64,000 nucleotides of DNA, taken from the NCBI GenBank assembly GCA_963707645.1, contig CAVPQW010000006.1:90819-154818 (forward strand). The letters run 5' to 3'. Position numbers and translations under genes: made by a program. Below, one piece after another: positions 58,990 through 64,000 of this stretch (position 1 is its first letter; each line of letters opens with the position of its first letter). The stretch is from an uncultured Actinomycetes bacterium (GTDB lineage Bacteria; Actinomycetota; UBA4738; JACQTL01). The notes below the pieces were generated by a model. That model was not told the origin of the DNA and searched no databases. It was given only the letters and a program-made list of their open reading frames with translations.

Positions 58990-61128
58990 ATGTCCACCGA
59001 GACGGGCGACCGTCCCCGGGTCGAGACCACGGAATCCACGCAGAGCGACGGTTCCGGCGCGCCCGTGCAGCCCAGCAGGTCCCTCCGCCGCCAGAAGCGG
59101 AAGGGCTCCCGCCTGCGCACATGGGTGCTGATCGGAGCCGGCGCCTTCGTGCTGCTGCTCTCGCTGGCGACCTTCGACGCCTACCGCCAGGCCTACGGCG
59201 CGGTCGACGACCTCCGGGCGGTGGCCGACGGGCTCTCCTCGGCGCGCACCGCGCTCGCGAACGGCCAGATGCCGAACGGCGACCCCTTCGCCAAGGCTCT
59301 CGCCGATACGGAACGGATCAAGAGCGAGATCGACGGTGCGAGGCCGACCTTCGGGCTCGTGGGCGCCGTGCCGTTCCTGGGCCGGCCGGTGGTGGCGGTG
59401 CGTCAGCTGGCCGTCGCGAGCGAGGACGAGGCGAAGGCGGCCGTTGCGGCGCGCGACCTCATCGACGAGATGTCGGGCGGGTCGTTCTCGGCTTCCGGCG
59501 GCGCCGAGGGCGGCGGCGGCGACCGGACGAAGTGCGCCGACGAGCCCACCAAGGAGCTCAAGCGGGCCTGCAAGGAGGCCCGCGACAACCCGTCGACCGC
59601 GCCGGCCGGGGCGCAGAGCCCGGTGTTTTCCAACGGCCGGTTCGACCTGGAGGCCATCGCCGGGTACCGGCCGAAGGTCGAGGCCGTCGTCGACCAGCTG
59701 CGGGCGGCGGAGCAGGCCGTCCTGGCTGTCCCGACGGCGCCGTTCATCCAGCAGGCCACCCAGCTCAAGGAGGACCTGCTCGAACAGGTCGCGCAGGCCC
59801 GGCAGGTGGGGGAGTCGGCGCTCCTCGGGATGCAGCTGCTGCCGGAGCTGTTCGGCGCGGACGGGCCGCGGCGGTACTTCATCGCGTTCGGCGACCTGTC
59901 GTACATCCGCGGCGCCGGCGGGTCGACGCTCGCCTACGCCATCCTCACCGCCGACGACGGCCACCTCGAGATCTCGCAGTCGGAGCAGGTGTTCCGGAAC
60001 CTCGACGACCAGGTGAACGTCCCGGTCGAGGTTCCGCCGGACAACTGGTACCTCACCGGGCCTGACCCGCTGAAGGACCAGGTCCGGCTGGGGAACGCGA
60101 ACTACTCGCCGCACTTCCCATCGTCGGCCGTCGTCATGGCTCGCATCTACGAGAAGCTCACGGGCGAGCACCTCGACGGCCTGATCCAGGTCGACGCGGC
60201 GGCGGTGGGCGACATGCTGAAGGCGGTCGGCCCGCTCGAGGTCCCGCTGTGGAACGGCGAGGTGAACTCCTCGAACGTGACCCGCATCGCGTACATCGAC
60301 TCGCACCTCGAGTACCCGCAGGGGCCTTCGCGGAAGGACCTCTCGGCGCAGCTCGTGAAGGAGGCCTGGTCCCGGATCGGCAACCCGCAGGACGGCGCGC
60401 AGCTGCTGGCGTCGGCGATCCAGCTGGGGAACGCGCTGTCCACCAAGAACCTCCTCGTGTGGTTCGCGGACCCCGGGCAGCAGGAGCTCGCCCAGCGCCT
60501 CGGATGGACCGGCGATCTCAAGCCGGCCGACGGCGACTACCTGCTGGTCGCCGAGGACGCGCAGAGCACCGACGCGCTGTCGTTCTTCTCGAAGACCACC
60601 GTGCAGCACCGGGTCGCGATCCAGGCGAACGGCGACCTGCAGGTCCGGACGGTGCTGCAGCAGCGCGTGAACGTCCCCCCGATCGACCGCCTGCTCCCCA
60701 TCGTCAACAAGAACGGCGAGGACCGCTCGACCCTGTTCAACGTGTATCTGCCCGAGGACGCGAAGCTCGACCTCGTGGCCCGGGACACCGGCACGTCCCA
60801 CTTCCGGGTCGAGAACGTGATGCTCCACCACGAGGCCGGGAAGCTCGTGGCCTCGACGATCCTGTCCTCGCCGCCCGAGATCCCCACCGACCTGGTGTTC
60901 GTGTACACCATCCCGCACGGCGTGATCGAGGTCGACGGGCAGAAGGTGCTCCGCCTCACGATGCAGATGCAGCCGAAGGTCATCCCGGACCAGCTCGAGA
61001 TGGTGGTGACCGCGCCCGAGGGGATGGGGTTCGGCGAGGTGCCGAAGCCGTTCGTGGTGAAGGGGAAGACGCTGCGGTACACGCGGACGGTCGACCGCGA
61101 CTTCTCGGTCGACATCCCGCTGACGTAG
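58990..61128 (+). CDS. DUF4012-like membrane-anchored protein
   Basis: N-terminal TM helix (WVLIGAGAFVLLLSLATF) and a large extracytoplasmic domain with RRYFIAFGDLSYIRGAGGSTLAYA, resembling the DUF4012 core. The assignment is from memory of the family. Confidence 0.6.
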   Translation: MSTETGDRPRVETTESTQSDGSGAPVQPSRSLRRQKRKGSRLRTWVLIGAGAFVLLLSLATFDAYRQAYGAVDDLRAVADGLSSARTALANGQMPNGDPFAKALADTERIKSEIDGARPTFGLVGAVPFLGRPVVAVRQLAVASEDEAKAAVAARDLIDEMSGGSFSASGGAEGGGGDRTKCADEPTKELKRACKEARDNPSTAPAGAQSPVFSNGRFDLEAIAGYRPKVEAVVDQLRAAEQAVLAVPTAPFIQQATQLKEDLLEQVAQARQVGESALLGMQLLPELFGADGPRRYFIAFGDLSYIRGAGGSTLAYAILTADDGHLEISQSEQVFRNLDDQVNVPVEVPPDNWYLTGPDPLKDQVRLGNANYSPHFPSSAVVMARIYEKLTGEHLDGLIQVDAAAVGDMLKAVGPLEVPLWNGEVNSSNVTRIAYIDSHLEYPQGPSRKDLSAQLVKEAWSRIGNPQDGAQLLASAIQLGNALSTKNLLVWFADPGQQELAQRLGWTGDLKPADGDYLLVAEDAQSTDALSFFSKTTVQHRVAIQANGDLQVRTVLQQRVNVPPIDRLLPIVNKNGEDRSTLFNVYLPEDAKLDLVARDTGTSHFRVENVMLHHEAGKLVASTILSSPPEIPTDLVFVYTIPHGVIEVDGQKVLRLTMQMQPKVIPDQLEMVVTAPEGMGFGEVPKPFVVKGKTLRYTRTVDRDFSVDIPLT

Positions 61129-61143
61129 CCGTCGTTCGCGGAC

Positions 61144-62550
61144 ATGCCCACCGACCTCGATCTCGCCCTCACGCCCGCACTGGTGCAGGCACGCATGGTG
61201 CGGGACGGCGAGGTCTCCCCCACAGAGCTCGTGGAGCTGTACGCCCGGCGGATCGAGGCGCTCGACGGGCGGCTCGGGTCCTATCTGACGCTCTGCCTCG
61301 ACCGGGCCCTCGACGAAGCCGGGGCGGTGCGGCCGGGCGACCCACGGCCGTTCGCCGGCGTCCCGATCTCGATCAAGGACCTGTACGACACGGAGGGCGT
61401 GCGGACGACGTACGGCTCGGGCGCGTTCGCCGACCACGTGCCCACGGTGGATGAGGAGTCCGTACGACGCATCCGGGCGGCCGGGTTCGTCGTGATCGGC
61501 AAGACCAACACGCCGGAGTTCGGAAGCGTCTCATGGACCGAGCCGCGGGCGTTCCATCCGGCGAGGAACCCGTGGGACCCGGAGCGGACCCCGGGCGGAT
61601 CGTCCGGCGGCGCGGCGGCTGCGGTCGCATCCGGCCTCTGCCCCGTCGCGCAGGCGAGCGACGGCGGCGGGTCGATCCGGATCCCCTCGTCGGTGTGCGG
61701 CCTGTTCGGGATCAAGCCCGCACGGGGGCGCGTGAGCGCCGCGCCGGGCCCGGCGAGCCTGCTGTCCCAGCGGGGGCCCATCGCCCGGACCGTCGCCGAC
61801 GCCGCGGCGCTGCTCGACGTGATGGCCGGCCCGGCCCCGGGCGACGCGTTCTGGGCCCCGCCGCCCGACCGGCCGTTCCTCGACGATGCCGCGTCGGCGG
61901 ACCCGGGACGGCTGCGGATCGCGTTCACCACCCGGGCCATCGCGCCCGTCGACGTCGCGCCGGCGAACGCGGCCGCGGTGGAGGATGCGGCCGCGATGCT
62001 CGAGGAGCTCGGGCACGAGGTGTTCGAGGAGGCGCCGCCGGCCGACGAGTCGCTGCTGTACCGGTTCCCGGTGCTGTGGGCGGTGCAGATGGCATCCCGG
62101 ACGCCCCGGCCGGACGTCGACCTGCTCGAGCCGCTCAACCGCGAGCTGATCCAGATGGGCGACGCGACGACGGCGCCCGACTACCAGCGGACATGGCTCG
62201 ACGTGGAGCGGGCGCTCCGGCCGGTCGGCGCGTTCTTCGCCGAGCGCGCCGACGTCCTGCTGACGCCGACGGTCGCCATCCCGCCGCCCCGAATCGGGGA
62301 GTTCCGCAACGACGACCAGCCCCTCATGGAGCTGATCAAGGCGGGGTCCTTCACGCCGTTCACGTCGATCTGGAACGTCTCGGGCCAGCCCGCCGCGAAC
62401 GTGCCGTGGTCGCTCGACGAGGATGGACTGCCGGTCGGCGTGCAGCTCGTGGGGGGGCCCGCGGGCGAGTCGACCCTGTTCCAACTGTGTGCCCAGCTCG
62501 AACGGGCCCGGCCGTGGGTCGACCGTCGTCCCGAGCTCGCCTCCGTCTAG
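61144..62550 (+). CDS. amidase (amidase-signature family)
   Basis: AS signature GGSSGGAAAAVASGLCPVAQASDGGGSIRIPSSVCGLFGIKP. Confidence 0.9.
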   Translation: MPTDLDLALTPALVQARMVRDGEVSPTELVELYARRIEALDGRLGSYLTLCLDRALDEAGAVRPGDPRPFAGVPISIKDLYDTEGVRTTYGSGAFADHVPTVDEESVRRIRAAGFVVIGKTNTPEFGSVSWTEPRAFHPARNPWDPERTPGGSSGGAAAAVASGLCPVAQASDGGGSIRIPSSVCGLFGIKPARGRVSAAPGPASLLSQRGPIARTVADAAALLDVMAGPAPGDAFWAPPPDRPFLDDAASADPGRLRIAFTTRAIAPVDVAPANAAAVEDAAAMLEELGHEVFEEAPPADESLLYRFPVLWAVQMASRTPRPDVDLLEPLNRELIQMGDATTAPDYQRTWLDVERALRPVGAFFAERADVLLTPTVAIPPPRIGEFRNDDQPLMELIKAGSFTPFTSIWNVSGQPAANVPWSLDEDGLPVGVQLVGGPAGESTLFQLCAQLERARPWVDRRPELASV

Positions 62551-64000
62551 CGAGTCTCCCGATCCTCGATCGCGCCGAGCCGGAGCATCCCCCTGGCCGT
62601 CGGGACCGGTGGGGCGTCTCGGACATCTCCGCCGGTGTCGGGCGCGCACGGCGAGGGTTTCGACGGGGTGAACAGCCACTCGTCGAACAGCGGTCCGAGT
62701 GACTCGCCCGAGATACCTTCGGCGAGTGCGCGAAACTGTTCCGTGGTGCCCGTCGCGTTCGCCCGCTGTGCCGCCCACTGCCGGAGGATCCGGAAGAAGT
62801 CCATCGTGCCGACCCGACGCCGGATGGCCTGCAACGTGAGCGCCCCCCGGATGTAGACGGGCTCGTCGAACAGGTGATTCACGCCCGGGTCGCCGATCTC
62901 GAGGTCCCAGAAGTCCTCTCCGGCGGAGATGCCACACCAGGAAGCGGCGATCCCTGCCGGGGTTCCCTTGCCGGTCGCCTGGGCCCACAGCCACTCGGCG
63001 TACGTGGCGAAGCCCTCGTTCAGCCAGGTCTCCTGCCAGGTGTCCACCGAGACGCTGTCGCCGAACCACTGGTGGGCCAGCTCGTGCGCCACGACGAACG
63101 ACCCGCCGCCGCGCTGGAAGAAGTTGCTGGCGTACAACGGCCGGGTCTGATTCTCGAGTGCCACGAAGTTGGTCGTGTCGTCCACGACCGCGCCGAGCGC
63201 GTCGAAGGGATACGGGCCGAATTGCTGCGCGAGGAACCGGAGAATGCGGATCTCCGCCCCGACGGCGCGGTCGGCCCGCCGTCCGAGGTCGGGGTCGACA
63301 GCGTCGATGACCGGCTTTCCGGTGGCGGTGCGCCGGAACCGGAGCTCGAACTGTCCGATCGCGGCGAGCGCCAGGTAGCTCGCCATGGGGTGACGTTCCA
63401 CCCAATGCCATGTCGTCCATCCGTCGTGCGTGGAACGGCCGCGCAGAGTTCCGTTCGAGATGGCTTCAACGCCTTGCGGAACCGTGAGGGCGATCTCGTA
63501 CGTCGCCTTGTCCCGGGGGTGATCGTTCACCGGGAACCACGCGGCCGCGACGTCCGGCTCGCCCCAGATCTCGGCGCCGTCGTCGGTCGGAACGACGCCG
63601 GTCTCGATCGGGGTTCCCGGGATGCGGAACGTCTCGGGGATGCCGCCGTACCGGACCACCATCTGCACGGCGTGGCCGGTCCGGAGCGTGTGGCCGGGGG
63701 TGACGACCAGCTCGTGGTGGAGCGTGCGGGTCCAGGTCGCGGGCGCCGCCGCCACCGTCATGGCGTGGACGCGGAGCCCGACGAAATCGAGGTTGAACCG
63801 CGACAGGTCGGCCCTCGGGACCAGCGTGAGGCGGGCGATGCCGGTGAGGTGGTCCGTGTCCGGGTCGTACGTGACATCGAGGTCGTAGTGGCGGACGTCG
63901 TACCCGCCATTGCCGTACAGCGGGTAGTACGGGTCGCCGATCCCGTTGCTCCCGGTCGTTGCGACGCCGGCCCGCGCCGGCGACGCGGCCGTCCCGACGA
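62547..64000 (-). CDS. M1-family zinc aminopeptidase (5' end outside window)
   Basis: HELAHQWFGDSVSVDTWQETWLNEGFATY (HExxH-x18-E) and the exopeptidase motif FVALENQ. The frame is open beyond ORF start 63761 up to the window edge (…GDPYYPLYGNGGYDVRHYDLDVTYDP…). Confidence 0.9.
   Translation of the reverse strand, partial: VGTAASPARAGVATTGSNGIGDPYYPLYGNGGYDVRHYDLDVTYDPDTDHLTGIARLTLVPRADLSRFNLDFVGLRVHAMTVAAAPATWTRTLHHELVVTPGHTLRTGHAVQMVVRYGGIPETFRIPGTPIETGVVPTDDGAEIWGEPDVAAAWFPVNDHPRDKATYEIALTVPQGVEAISNGTLRGRSTHDGWTTWHWVERHPMASYLALAAIGQFELRFRRTATGKPVIDAVDPDLGRRADRAVGAEIRILRFLAQQFGPYPFDALGAVVDDTTNFVALENQTRPLYASNFFQRGGGSFVVAHELAHQWFGDSVSVDTWQETWLNEGFATYAEWLWAQATGKGTPAGIAASWCGISAGEDFWDLEIGDPGVNHLFDEPVYIRGALTLQAIRRRVGTMDFFRILRQWAAQRANATGTTEQFRALAEGISGESLGPLFDEWLFTPSKPSPCAPDTGGDVRDAPPVPTARGMLRLGAIEDRETR

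Noticed and set aside
58660-61437. A 925-aa ORF antisense to the DUF4012 gene, and similar very long shadow ORFs (2805..4622 -, 7364..9436 -, 15857..18682 -, 34771..37728 -, 35253..37724 +, 11008..12495 -).
   Set aside because: Their Arg/Pro/Gly/His/Asp-rich composition without motifs is typical of antisense or out-of-frame reading of GC-rich coding DNA. In every case another frame carries a recognisable domain.
62547-62550. The convergent amidase and M1 aminopeptidase genes share the palindromic tetranucleotide CTAG as both stop codons.
   Set aside because: It is a curiosity of tail-to-tail packing and needs no functional explanation.

Overview
This is a very GC-rich (roughly 70% by eye) chromosomal segment with an Actinomycetota-like gene set. 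I call about 50 protein-coding loci. I recognised no rRNA, tRNA, CRISPR array, transposase, integrase or prophage gene.

Housekeeping blocks:
- glmS.
- A long operon, acpS-nnr-alr-hydrolase-S58 peptidase-udg ... tsaE-tsaB-rimI-tsaD, mostly chained by 4-nt start/stop overlaps.
- paaK, divergent from marR-MFS.
- CIRCE-groES-groEL, where GroEL has a His-rich tail (GroEL1-like).
- guaB3-like plus guaA.
- pcrA.
- apbE operon, amidase and an M1 aminopeptidase.

Signalling and accessory content is unusually dense. There are four class III nucleotidyl-cyclase genes, three STAND-type (P-loop plus TPR) proteins including a SARP/AfsR-like regulator, two orphan LuxR-type response regulators, and several secreted or membrane proteins of unknown function.

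The most interesting candidate system lies at 4.7-15.3 kb. Two paralogous cyclase-STAND-TPR genes flank a TPR-cyclase gene and a gene fusing a 12-TM TLC/MFS-like transporter to HEAT repeats and a cyclic-nucleotide-binding domain. Its logic (sensor NTPase, cyclase, cNMP-binding membrane effector) resembles Avs/Pycsar-type immunity, but it could equally be ordinary cNMP signalling.

The major caveat is sequence quality. I find about 26 single-base frameshifts (mostly insertions, many in short G/C runs), all at or beyond 13 kb and none uncompensated at 15.3-31 kb. They hit conserved genes, including pcrA, guaB3 and a compensated pair inside guaA. Many apparent pseudogenes are therefore probably sequence or assembly errors.
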